This document shows positions 51,382 to 59,850 of a DNA stretch of 64,000 nt, piece by piece. The translations under genes and the position numbers were made by a program. The stretch spans positions 85,003 through 149,002 of the forward strand of contig CAWFFJ010000016.1 of assembly GCA_963814875.1 (NCBI GenBank), in the 5' to 3' direction. Within the stretch, counting starts at the first letter, position 1. Every line of letters begins with the position of its first letter. The notes beneath the pieces were generated by a model. It was not told the DNA's origin. It ran no database searches and saw nothing but the letters and a program-made list of their open reading frames with translations. This stretch comes from an uncultured Acidobacteriota bacterium. Its GTDB lineage: Bacteria > Acidobacteriota > Thermoanaerobaculia > Thermoanaerobaculales > Sulfomarinibacteraceae.

Positions 51382-52494
51382 ATGACGGACATCGACGAGC
51401 TCCGGCTTTTCGATTCGCGGCTCGAGCCTGTCGCCGCGAAGGTTCTCGCGGGCGTGCGGCTCGACCGCGAGGACGGCCTGATCCTGGCGACCTCAGACGA
51501 CCTGCTCGGCATCGGACGGCTCGCGAACCTCATCCGCGAGCGGCTCCACGGCGACGTCACCTACTACAACATCAACCGGCACCTCAACCCGACCAATGTG
51601 TGCGTCGCCTCGTGCAAGCTGTGCGCGTTCTATGTTCCTTTCCGCGATCGCGACCGCGGCTGGACGTGGTCGGTGGACGAGGCGGTGCGGGTCGCCGAGC
51701 GCGACCTCGACGAGTCGGTCAGCGAGCTGCACATCGTCGGCGGCCTCCATCCGAAGCTCCGGATCGAGTACTACGAGGAGCTCTTCATCGCGCTCAAGGC
51801 GCGCTTCCCGTGGGTCCACCTCAAGGCGCTCACGATGGTTGAGCTTGACTTCCTCGCCTCGCTCGGCCGGACCACCGTCGAGGAGGTTGTCGCGCGGCTC
51901 AAAGCGGCCGGACTCGGTTCGTGTCCGGGAGGCGGCGCCGAGATCTTCGCCGAGCGCGTCCGGCGGGAGATCTGCGACCACAAGACCGACGGCGCTCGCT
52001 GGCTCGAGGTCGCACGCACAGTCCACCAGGCCGGGCTGAAGTCGAACTGCACCATGCTCTACGGTCACGTCGAGCGGCCCGAGGAGCGCGTCGACCACCT
52101 GATCGCCCTGCGCACCCTGCAGGACGAGACCGGCGGTTTTCAGTGCTTCATCCCGCTCGCCTTCCACCCCGCCAACACGGCGCTCGACGACCTGCCGCCC
52201 ACCGGCGGCCGTCTCGACCTGCAGACCATCGCCATGGCCCGGCTGCTGCTCGACAACGTGCCCCACATCAAGGCCTACTGGATCATGCTCGGGACCAAGA
52301 CCGCGCAGGTGGCGCAGCACTTCGGCGCCAACGACCTCGACGGCACGGTGATCGACGAGCGCATCACGTGGGCTGCCGGAGGCACCGCGGGCAAGGGCAT
52401 GTCCAGCGACCGCATCGAGCACCTCATCCGCGAGGCGCGCCGCACGCCGGTCCTGCGCGACACCCTCTACCGCCCCCTCACCGCCGTGGCGTAG
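51382..52494 (+). CDS. mqnE: Aminofutalosine synthase (radical SAM)
   Basis: NRHLNPTNVCVASCKLCAF, PGGGAEIF, HIKAYW, GANDLDGT. Confidence 0.88.
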   Translation: MTDIDELRLFDSRLEPVAAKVLAGVRLDREDGLILATSDDLLGIGRLANLIRERLHGDVTYYNINRHLNPTNVCVASCKLCAFYVPFRDRDRGWTWSVDEAVRVAERDLDESVSELHIVGGLHPKLRIEYYEELFIALKARFPWVHLKALTMVELDFLASLGRTTVEEVVARLKAAGLGSCPGGGAEIFAERVRREICDHKTDGARWLEVARTVHQAGLKSNCTMLYGHVERPEERVDHLIALRTLQDETGGFQCFIPLAFHPANTALDDLPPTGGRLDLQTIAMARLLLDNVPHIKAYWIMLGTKTAQVAQHFGANDLDGTVIDERITWAAGGTAGKGMSSDRIEHLIREARRTPVLRDTLYRPLTAVA

Positions 52495-52501
52495 GACATA
52501 C

Positions 52502-52526
52502 AAACCACAGAGGCACGGAGACTCAG
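52502..52526 (+). repeat. Octamer tract after the mqnE stop (left boundary of module)
   Basis: AAACCACAGAGGCACGGAGACTCAG. Confidence 0.65.
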
Positions 52527-52614
52527 CGCGGGCGCCGCCCGCAGCCCAAGAGCGCTCCAGGGGCGGGCCTGAGAGCCGGTGCTGCCGGCTGTGAACCCGA
52601 CGCATCGGGCGCCC

Positions 52615-53022
52615 GAATCCGGGGGACTGGCGGCAGGCAGCCGGCGGCGGGGTCGGGATCGGCATTCCGGCCGGCAACGCCGTGGCCTCCCGACTCCGGC
52701 TCCCCGCGCCCTGCCGCCCGCAGCCTGATCCCGGTCTCGAACGGTGGAACGGGAGTAGCTGGGCCGACCGGGTGTGGGTGGTGGGCGGAATCCGGGTTCG
52801 GGCGGCGGGCCGCAGGCAGCAGGTGGCGGGGTCGGGTTCGGCATTTGGGTCGGAAACGCCGCGGCCTCCCGACCCCGGCTCCCCGCGCCCTGCCGCCCGC
52901 AGCCTGATCCCGGACCCGAGCGCTAGGGAGCGGAGCAGCTGGGCCGACCCGCAAGGGGTCTGGGGCCGAATCCGGGGGGTCGGGCAGCCGGCCGCAGGCA
53001 GCCGGCGGCAGGGTTGGGATCG
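52615..53022. repeat. About 2.3 tandem copies of a ~179-bp unit, each a long imperfect hairpin
   Basis: Core 52684-52734 equals 52863-52913 with one mismatch. Units begin GAATCCGGG at 52615, 52788 and 52968. Confidence 0.85.
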
Positions 53023-53103
53023 AGGTCCCGCGGGTGGCCGGGCTGTCTGGACGGAGAGTGTGCTGGCTCAGCTGGAGTGAGTAGGCGACCGGCAGTCGGC
53101 TGT

Positions 53104-55082
53104 GTCGAGTAGCCGGGGGAGGTTGCCCTCCCCCAGCTCTCACAGAACCGGACTTGTGGACCTCACATCCGGCTCTTCAGGTTGGTATCTCGAGGCCAGC
53201 CAGGAAGGGCTGGCTCGGGGCCGTCGGTCCGGCCGTCTGGCTCTTGAGAGACTTCACGAGGCTGTACAAACGGGCGTGAAACCACGCATTCGGGTACGCC
53301 CGCGTCATGCCAGCGTGATTGCTCTTGTACCAGGTGCCGCGGTCGCACCATGCGCACCGCGCTGCCGTCCGGACCGTCACACCGCGCTTGACGAGATGGC
53401 GGAAGAGATAGCGGGGCCGCTTCCTCTGGCGCACGACGATGGCACGCAGCCGTCGCCGGGTGTGCGCGTCGAGATTGCCGAAGCTGCGCTGAGCTGCGAG
53501 GGTGCACAGCCGGAAATGGCCGTACCAACCCTCCAGGTACTCGTTGATGCGCTCGATGCAGACCTTGAGCGGACGACCGAGGGTCCGGGGCGTCAGCTCC
53601 CGGATCTTCGCGTCGATCCGCTTTCGGCTGCGTCTGGATAGAAAGACCTCGATCGAGCCGTCAGTCCCGCGATGCAGGCTGAAGCCCAAGAAGTGGAGGT
53701 CCTCCGGTCGGGTGACAGCGCTCTTGTCATCATTCACCCGCAGGCGCAAGCGCCTGGTAATGAATCCGATCAGGTTCGCCATCACCCGCTCCCCGGCACG
53801 CTTCGAGCCCACGAAGACATTGAAGTCATCCGCGTATCGCACGAAACGCAGACCCCGTCGCTGAAGCTCCCAGTCGAGCTCGTCCAAGACGATGTTCGAC
53901 AGGAGCGGCGACAGCGGCCCACCCTGGGGTGTCCCCTCGTCCGAGGACACCCGGGTACCGTCTGGCATCACGACCTTCGCCTTCAGCATCCGGTGGATGA
54001 GCCGCAGGATCATCGGGTCTTTGACCCTCTGGCCCACTCGGGCCAGCAGACGTTGGTGGTGGACTCTGTCGAAGAACTTCGACAGATCGACGCTCACCAC
54101 CGTCGTCAATCCCGCGGCGACACACTCCTTCGCCTCCGCGATGGCCGTCGCTGCTCCGCGGTGCGGACGGAATCCGTGACTGCTCCGGTGGAAGGTCGGC
54201 TCGAACAGCGGCATCAGCACCTGATGCACCGCCTGTTGCACCCACCTGTCCACGACGTTTGGTATGCCGAGGCCGCGCTGGCCTCCGCCAGGCTTGGGTA
54301 TCCAAACCCGCCGCACATCGCCCGGTTCATACCGGCCCTCGAGCAGATCTCGGCGTAGTCGAGGCAGCAGTCGGTGTGACGCCGACACCACCTCGTCTAC
54401 GCTCTTCCCGTCCACACCGCCCGCGCCCTTCTTGCGCGCGACGTGGAGGAGCGCCCTCACCAAGTTCTGCGGGGACGCTACCTCCTCCAGCAGCTCCGAG
54501 GCTGCCGTGGTGGTGGAACCGGTCGCGGTCCTTGTGCTCGCCGTTTGCAGCAGAAACTCCCGTCCCTCGGGTCCGCCCGAGCTCTGGTCCTCCCCGCCCC
54601 CTTCCGGGCTGTCGGCGAATGCGAGACACAGTTGGCGTGGCTCCACACTTCTCAACCTGTCACCCCCTTTGCTCCGCCGGCGTTACCCGGCTTCATCGCT
54701 CGTATGGGGTGATCCGACTTCTCCACCAGCATCGTCCCCACATCTCTGCGGGACCTACCGCTCTCCGCGGACTGATGGAGATCTCCCAGGGTAAGGCCAC
54801 GAGACTTCCCGCCGCTCCCGCTCCCAATACCGTCCTGCCTCGACTGGATACCGGGCGTCGCGTTCCTTGGCACGCTCACCCAGACAGGCCGGCCTGCTCC
54901 GGAGTTCACTCTCGTTCGGTGCTGCGGTTCGTTACGAGCTTCCATCCCACACCCCCTCACGGGTACGGTCTCCGCCGGATCGCTCCAACTCGGACTGGTG
55001 CAGTTGCTCCTCACGTTCGATTCCCTCCAGTAGGGGCTCTCTTGGGGACTCTCACCCCCGTCTCGCGCCATGCCTGGCGCAC
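53104..55082 (-). mobile_element. Complete group II intron, class C-like
   Basis: 5' end GTGCGCCAGGCATGGCGC; domain V GAGCCGGATGTGAGGTCCACAAGTCCGGTTC; domain VI ending CTACTCGAC; internal RT ORF. Confidence 0.92.
53177..54655 (-). CDS. ltrA: Group II intron reverse transcriptase/maturase, no endonuclease domain
   Basis: GVDG, IPKPGGGQRGLGIP, GFRP, DLSKFFD, GTPQGGPLSPLLSNI, RYADD, FLGF; domain X. Confidence 0.95.
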   Translation of the reverse strand: MRSVEPRQLCLAFADSPEGGGEDQSSGGPEGREFLLQTASTRTATGSTTTAASELLEEVASPQNLVRALLHVARKKGAGGVDGKSVDEVVSASHRLLPRLRRDLLEGRYEPGDVRRVWIPKPGGGQRGLGIPNVVDRWVQQAVHQVLMPLFEPTFHRSSHGFRPHRGAATAIAEAKECVAAGLTTVVSVDLSKFFDRVHHQRLLARVGQRVKDPMILRLIHRMLKAKVVMPDGTRVSSDEGTPQGGPLSPLLSNIVLDELDWELQRRGLRFVRYADDFNVFVGSKRAGERVMANLIGFITRRLRLRVNDDKSAVTRPEDLHFLGFSLHRGTDGSIEVFLSRRSRKRIDAKIRELTPRTLGRPLKVCIERINEYLEGWYGHFRLCTLAAQRSFGNLDAHTRRRLRAIVVRQRKRPRYLFRHLVKRGVTVRTAARCAWCDRGTWYKSNHAGMTRAYPNAWFHARLYSLVKSLKSQTAGPTAPSQPFLAGLEIPT

Positions 55083-55156
55083 CAAGGGCAGGTTCGCTTC
55101 GCTCACGGCCTGCGGCCGCCCTTGACAGCCGACTGCCGGCCGCCTTGGGGGCAGGT

Positions 55157-55555
55157 ATGAGCCAGCACACTCCCCCGTCCAGCCAGCCACGAACCTCCCA
55201 CCGCAGTCTGCCTCGGGGCCGGGCCAAGCTGCTCGCGCTCTCAGTCGCCGTAGAGCTTGCCGCGACCCTCGCCGAGCTGTCATTGCGTCGCGGGCTCTCA
55301 CATCTGAGAGACCACCTCGTACGGGCAGCCGACAACACCGCGCTGCGGCTGTCAGAGGCGAGCGGGCGGACGCTGGGCAACCGGTACCAGCATCTCGAGG
55401 CCGCCTATGCAGAGAACCAGGAAGTGCAAAGCGATCTCGTCCTGATGCGAGCTCGCGGGGTCGAGATCCCCGCAGCGGTCCTCCATCACGCAGATCGGTT
55501 GGGTGGTCTGATCTACGGGCTGCTGCGCGCAGAGCTGCGGGATGCAGGCAGGTGA
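55157..55555 (+). CDS. Four-helix-bundle protein (23S rRNA IVP / Avd-like family)
   Basis: L.A...A.EL...LRDHLVRAADNTALRLSEASGR...RYQHLEAAYAENQEV...L...DRLGGLIYGL pattern. Confidence 0.75.
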   Translation: MSQHTPPSSQPRTSHRSLPRGRAKLLALSVAVELAATLAELSLRRGLSHLRDHLVRAADNTALRLSEASGRTLGNRYQHLEAAYAENQEVQSDLVLMRARGVEIPAAVLHHADRLGGLIYGLLRAELRDAGR

Positions 55556-55576
55556 GGGCCACTACCCAGGTGATGG

Positions 55577-55796
55577 CTTGGTGTCTTGGTGGTTCAAGAC
55601 GCGGTATCCACTGAACAGCCTTGTACTTCCGAGTGCTTACTCCTCGGAATGTCGCCACACCGGAGGGACTTCTGACGCGGGAGTAGCACAGAGAGACACA
55701 GAGGATCTTGCGTGCAGTGAGCTTGCCGAGCCGGGAGCTCGGCGAGCTCACTGCAGACGAGATCTGTGCGCCTCTGTGCCTCCGTGTCTCTGTGGT
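55577..55796. repeat. Octamer tracts at the right boundary of the module
   Basis: CTTGGTGTCTTGGTGGTTC (55577-55595); AGCACAGAGAGACACAGAGG (~55685); CTCTGTGCCTCCGTGTCTCTGTGGT ending at 55796. Confidence 0.7.
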
Positions 55797-55806
55797 ATTC
55801 CCCCTG

Positions 55807-56301
55807 TCAGCCTTCGGGATTGGGAACCGGGAGTTCGGCCTGCTGGGCTTTGCCGAGAACCAGGTCGAGCCCCGACACGAGCCACGGCGTCAGCCGCGAG
55901 TCCCGGCACACCGCCGCGGCACCGGGCGAGAATCGCGAGGCCGTCACGATCAGCACGGCGAGCAGAAGCGCGGCCGCGACTCCCGCGAGGGTCGCCCCGA
56001 GGAGACGGTTCAGCCATCCGAGGTGCAGCGCCTGGAGCGTGTTCTCGAATCCCCAGCCCGCAGCCCAGGCGAGCAGCGTGCAGAGCACGAGCGGGAGCAG
56101 GCGGCCAAGCACGGCGGCAAGCCAACCCGGGCCGATGATCGTGTCGAGCTGGGCCGCAATGTCCTCGCCGGCAACCACCGCGAGCCACAGCCCGGCCACT
56201 CCCCCGCCGATACCGAGCACGAGCCGTACCGCGCCACGCCAGAATCCAGCCAGGGTGACCCCGGCCCACACGACCACCAGAGCCCAGTCGAGGAGCGTCA
56301 T
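55807..56301 (-). CDS. cvpA: CvpA family membrane protein
   Basis: MTLLDW...GFWRG...LGWLNRLLGATLA...SRLTP. Confidence 0.85.
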   Translation of the reverse strand: MTLLDWALVVVWAGVTLAGFWRGAVRLVLGIGGGVAGLWLAVVAGEDIAAQLDTIIGPGWLAAVLGRLLPLVLCTLLAWAAGWGFENTLQALHLGWLNRLLGATLAGVAAALLLAVLIVTASRFSPGAAAVCRDSRLTPWLVSGLDLVLGKAQQAELPVPNPEG

Positions 56302-56720
56302 GGCAGCAGCCGGACCGTGAGGCGCAAGAAGTCCGCCTCGGTGAGGATCCCGAGCAGCTCGCGCGAAGGACCGACCACCGGCAGGCACCCATACTTGTTC
56401 TTCATCAGAATGCGCGCTGCCTGTGGGATCGGGAAATCCGGCGTGACGGTGACCACGTCCCGGTGCATGAGCTCCTTGACCGGCACTGTCGCGAACACGC
56501 GGCGCTGCTCGCCGGGGTCGACCTCGGCGAAGATCGAAAACGAGGCAGCAAGAAGGTCGCGGTGAGTGAGCAAGCCGACCAGAACACCGTCGCACACCAC
56601 CGGGAGGTGTCGGATCCTGCCCCGCTCCATACAACGCTCGGCGTGGGCGAGGGTCTCGTCCTCCGTGAGGGTCACGAGCTCGGTCGACATCAACTCCCGC
56701 ACCTTCATTCGGCGCGGCAT
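56298..56720 (-). CDS. CBS-pair protein
   Basis: IRHLPVV...VGLLT.RD; GCLPVV..LGILTEAD. Confidence 0.9.
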   Translation of the reverse strand: MPRRMKVRELMSTELVTLTEDETLAHAERCMERGRIRHLPVVCDGVLVGLLTHRDLLAASFSIFAEVDPGEQRRVFATVPVKELMHRDVVTVTPDFPIPQAARILMKNKYGCLPVVGPSRELLGILTEADFLRLTVRLLP

Positions 56721-56757
56721 CGCAATCCTCCGGCGCCCAGTGTAGCCTAACGACAGC

Positions 56758-57120
56758 ATGAGCCGGCGACCGTCTCCCGTGCCTGATCAGGAGCCGAGGC
56801 TCCTCCTCGACCTGCCCGCGCACCCTGCGTTCTGTGCGGTCGCAGCGATCGCGGCCGAGGTCCTGCTCGCCGGTCAGCTCGACGAGCCTGGGCCCATGGT
56901 CGCTGCCGTCCGCGGCGCCACTGCGGCAGTCATCGCCGAGCATGTCCCGGGCGGTCGAGTCGAGCTCGAGCTGTTACGCACAGGAGCGACACTGACCGTC
57001 TCGACCTCGGTCCCGAGGGCCCGCGTCCGCGCCACTCGGGCCGCGCTCGGCGCCCTGGCGGACAACCTCACGGTCGTGGGTGATCGCTTCGAGCTGACCT
57101 GGAGTCTCTCTCAGAAGTAA
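56758..57120 (+). CDS. Hypothetical protein (possible degenerate anti-sigma/HATPase-like fold)
   Basis: Fills the gap between the CBS gene and fabG; plausible composition only. Confidence 0.4.
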   Translation: MSRRPSPVPDQEPRLLLDLPAHPAFCAVAAIAAEVLLAGQLDEPGPMVAAVRGATAAVIAEHVPGGRVELELLRTGATLTVSTSVPRARVRATRAALGALADNLTVVGDRFELTWSLSQK

Positions 57121-57143
57121 AGACCGCGCGCCGAGCGCGGGAT

Positions 57144-57887
57144 TTACATATAAAGCCCGCCTGAGACGTTGACCACGGTGCCGGTGATGTAGGACGAACC
57201 GGGTCCGGCGAGAAACGCCACCGCCTCGGCGACGTCTGCGGGCTCTCCGAGGCGTGGAATGGCGAGGGCGCCGACCAGCGCCTCGCGCTGGGCATCGCTG
57301 AGACCGGCGGTCATCTCGGTCTTGATGTATCCAGGAGCCACCGCATTGGCCGTGACGCCGCGGCTGCCCAGCTCGCGCGCGAGGCTCTTCGTGAAGCCGA
57401 CCAGTGCCGCCTTGGCGGCCGCGTAGTTCGACTGGCCGGGGTTGCCCATCAGGCCGACCACCGAGGTCACGGTGATGATCCGGCCCGAGCGCTGCCGCAG
57501 CATGATCTTGGCGACCGGTTGGGTGACGTGGAAGACGCCGTCGAGGTCCGCGTCCATCACCGACCGCCAATCCTCTGGACGCATCCGCACGATGAGCTGG
57601 TCACGGGTGATTCCGGCATTGTTGACCAGAATGTCGAGCCGGCCGTGACGGGCGTGCAGCTCACGAACCGCGTTGCCGGCGCTCGCAGCGTCGGTGACGT
57701 CGAACACGATGGCCTCCGCTTGACCGCCCGCAGCCGCGATCTCGGTCACTGTTTCGTCGAGCGCGGCCCGATCGCGTCCGGCACAGGTCACCAGCGCGCC
57801 GTCCGCGGCCAGCCTGACAGCGATCGCACGGCCAATGCCTCGGCTCGCGCCGGTCACCAGAGCCACCTGGGCTTCGAGCACCGCCAT
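57144..57887 (-). CDS. fabG: 3-oxoacyl-ACP reductase
   Basis: TGASRGIG, NNAGITRD, YAAAK. Confidence 0.95.
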   Translation of the reverse strand: MAVLEAQVALVTGASRGIGRAIAVRLAADGALVTCAGRDRAALDETVTEIAAAGGQAEAIVFDVTDAASAGNAVRELHARHGRLDILVNNAGITRDQLIVRMRPEDWRSVMDADLDGVFHVTQPVAKIMLRQRSGRIITVTSVVGLMGNPGQSNYAAAKAALVGFTKSLARELGSRGVTANAVAPGYIKTEMTAGLSDAQREALVGALAIPRLGEPADVAEAVAFLAGPGSSYITGTVVNVSGGLYM

Positions 57888-57901
57888 GTCGGCTCCCTTC
57901 C

Positions 57902-58840
57902 TCACGCCAAGCGGGCGAGGGCCTCACGGACATCGACCTCGGTGCCCGCCGCGTAGCAGACCGCGTCGCGCTGGATCCGTCGCACCAGCCCTCCGAGCAC
58001 CGAGCCCGTCCCAACCTCGACGAAGGTGTCAAACCCGTCGGCCCACATCCGGCGGATGGTTCGGGACCACAGGACCGGCGCATCCACTTGGCGGATGAGA
58101 CCTTCGCGCAGGGCCTCGGCGTCGGCGATCGGCTCGGCATCGACGTTGCGGTACAGGGGGACCGCGGGATCGGCGAGCGTGAGCGCACGCAGCGTCGGCT
58201 CGAGACCGGTCCGAGCCGGCGCCATCAGCGGAGAATGGAATGGTGCCGACACCGGCAGCAGCAGCACCCGACGGGCGCCGCGCTCGCGGCAGCGCGCACC
58301 AGCTCGCTCCACCGCACCGGCGCTCCCGGCAATCACCACCTGGCCCGGGGCGTTGAAGTTGGCGGCCACCACCGGCTCGCCGGAGACCGCGGTCTCCTCG
58401 GCGCAGGCGGTCGCCACCGCCTCGTCGTCAAGCCCGATCACCGCCGCCATCGCGCCCTCGCCAACCGGCACCGCCTGCTGCATGAGGCGGCCGCGCTGCC
58501 GCACGGTGCGAAAAGCGTCGCAGAGGTCCATCGCTCCCGCCGCGACCGCGGCCGAGTACTCGCCGAGGCTGTGTCCCGCGACCGCCCCCACCCGGAGACC
58601 GCCAGCCATCAGCACCCGCCATGCCGCGATCGAGTGCGCGAGCAAGGCCGGTTGGGTGTTTTCGGTCAGACGAAGGGTGTCCTCGGGGCCCTCCCAGCAC
58701 AGCCGGGAAAGGTCGCTGCCGAGGGCGGCGTCGGCGGCGGCGAAGACCTCGCCCGCCGCTTGCCACGACTCCGCGAGGTCGCACCCCATGCCGGCAGCCT
58801 GGCTGCCCTGTCCTGGAAACAGTGCCGCGATCCGAGCCAT
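57902..58840 (-). CDS. fabD: Malonyl-CoA:ACP transacylase
   Basis: FPGQGSQ, GHSLGEY, VSAPFHS. Confidence 0.96.
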   Translation of the reverse strand: MARIAALFPGQGSQAAGMGCDLAESWQAAGEVFAAADAALGSDLSRLCWEGPEDTLRLTENTQPALLAHSIAAWRVLMAGGLRVGAVAGHSLGEYSAAVAAGAMDLCDAFRTVRQRGRLMQQAVPVGEGAMAAVIGLDDEAVATACAEETAVSGEPVVAANFNAPGQVVIAGSAGAVERAGARCRERGARRVLLLPVSAPFHSPLMAPARTGLEPTLRALTLADPAVPLYRNVDAEPIADAEALREGLIRQVDAPVLWSRTIRRMWADGFDTFVEVGTGSVLGGLVRRIQRDAVCYAAGTEVDVREALARLA

Positions 58841-58850
58841 CTCGCCCCCC

Positions 58851-59849
58851 TCAGTAACGGAAGAGCATCGACGCGCAGGTCAGGCCACCACCGAACGCCG
58901 ACGCGAGCACGAGGTCACCGCGCTTGAGCCGTCCCTCGTCCACCGCGTCGGCCATGGCGAGCGGAATCGAGGCCGCCGAGGTGTTTCCGGTGTGCTGCAC
59001 GTTGACGAAGACCTTGTCCTCGCCGAGCCCCAACCGGCTGGCCACCGCCTGCAGAATGCGGATGTTCGCCTGATGGGGAATGAAGAGGTCGAGGTCTTCG
59101 GGCGCCATCCCGGCGCTTTCGAGGACCGACAGGCTGAGCTCGGTGAGGGCGCGGACCGCGACCTTGAAGGTCTCGTTGCCGCGCATCTTGATGAACGGGA
59201 GCCGCTGGTCGATGGAATCGTGGCTCGACGGGGGGTAGCGGCAGCCACCGCCGGGCATGCAGATCATGTCGGCGTAGGTTCCGTCGGTCCGCCAATCGAC
59301 CTGGAGGATGCCTTCGCCGGCCGGTGCCGGCTCGAGCACGACCGCTCCGGCGCCGTCGCCGAACAGGACGCAGGTTGTCCGGTCGGTCCAGTCGGTGAAC
59401 CGGGTCAGGCACTCTGCGCCAATGACCAGCACCCGGCGGGAGGTCCCGGTCGCAATGAACTGGCGGGCGACATTGACCGCGTACACGAACCCAGAGCAGG
59501 CCGCCGAGAGGTCGAAACAAGCCGCATTGACAACTCCCAGGCGCGGCTGGAGGATCGCCGACGAGGCTGGGATCGGCTGCTCGGGGGTCGCCGTCGCGAG
59601 GATCACCAGATCGACCGACTTCGGATCGACCCCCGCGTCAGCCATCGCCGCCTTTCCGGCGCGCTCGGCGAGGTCGACAACCCCTTCACCGTCGGCCACG
59701 ACCCGCCGTTCCCTGATGCCGGTGCGGGTGGTGATCCACTCGTCGGAGGTGTCGACCATCGCCTCGAGGTCGTGGTTTGTCAGCACCTTTTCGGGCCGAA
59801 ACGCCCCGATACCGGTCATCTTCGCCGTCTGCGCGAAGGCATCGTGCAT
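58851..59849 (-). CDS. fabH: 3-oxoacyl-ACP synthase III
   Basis: DTSDEWI, AACSGF, PHQAN, GNTSAAS. Confidence 0.96.
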   Translation of the reverse strand: MHDAFAQTAKMTGIGAFRPEKVLTNHDLEAMVDTSDEWITTRTGIRERRVVADGEGVVDLAERAGKAAMADAGVDPKSVDLVILATATPEQPIPASSAILQPRLGVVNAACFDLSAACSGFVYAVNVARQFIATGTSRRVLVIGAECLTRFTDWTDRTTCVLFGDGAGAVVLEPAPAGEGILQVDWRTDGTYADMICMPGGGCRYPPSSHDSIDQRLPFIKMRGNETFKVAVRALTELSLSVLESAGMAPEDLDLFIPHQANIRILQAVASRLGLGEDKVFVNVQHTGNTSAASIPLAMADAVDEGRLKRGDLVLASAFGGGLTCASMLFRY

Positions 59850-59850
59850 G

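Larger units (their letters stand above)
53083..55145. repeat. 28-bp-stem inverted repeat split by the intron (intron target)
   Basis: Joining 53103 to 55083 gives AGGCGACCGGCAGTCGGCTGT|CAAGGGC-28 nt-GCCCTTGACAGCCGACTGCCGGCCGCCT, 27/28 complementary. Confidence 0.9.

Noticed and set aside
52615-53022. CRISPR array
   Set aside because: Units are ~179 bp with homologous rather than unique spacers, and there are no cas genes.
52615-55555. Diversity-generating retroelement (RT + Avd-like gene + repeats)
   Set aside because: Repeat differences are not adenine-specific and no repeat lies in a target ORF. The RT has group II intron motifs (PQG, YADD, domain X) and is enclosed by intact intron ends.
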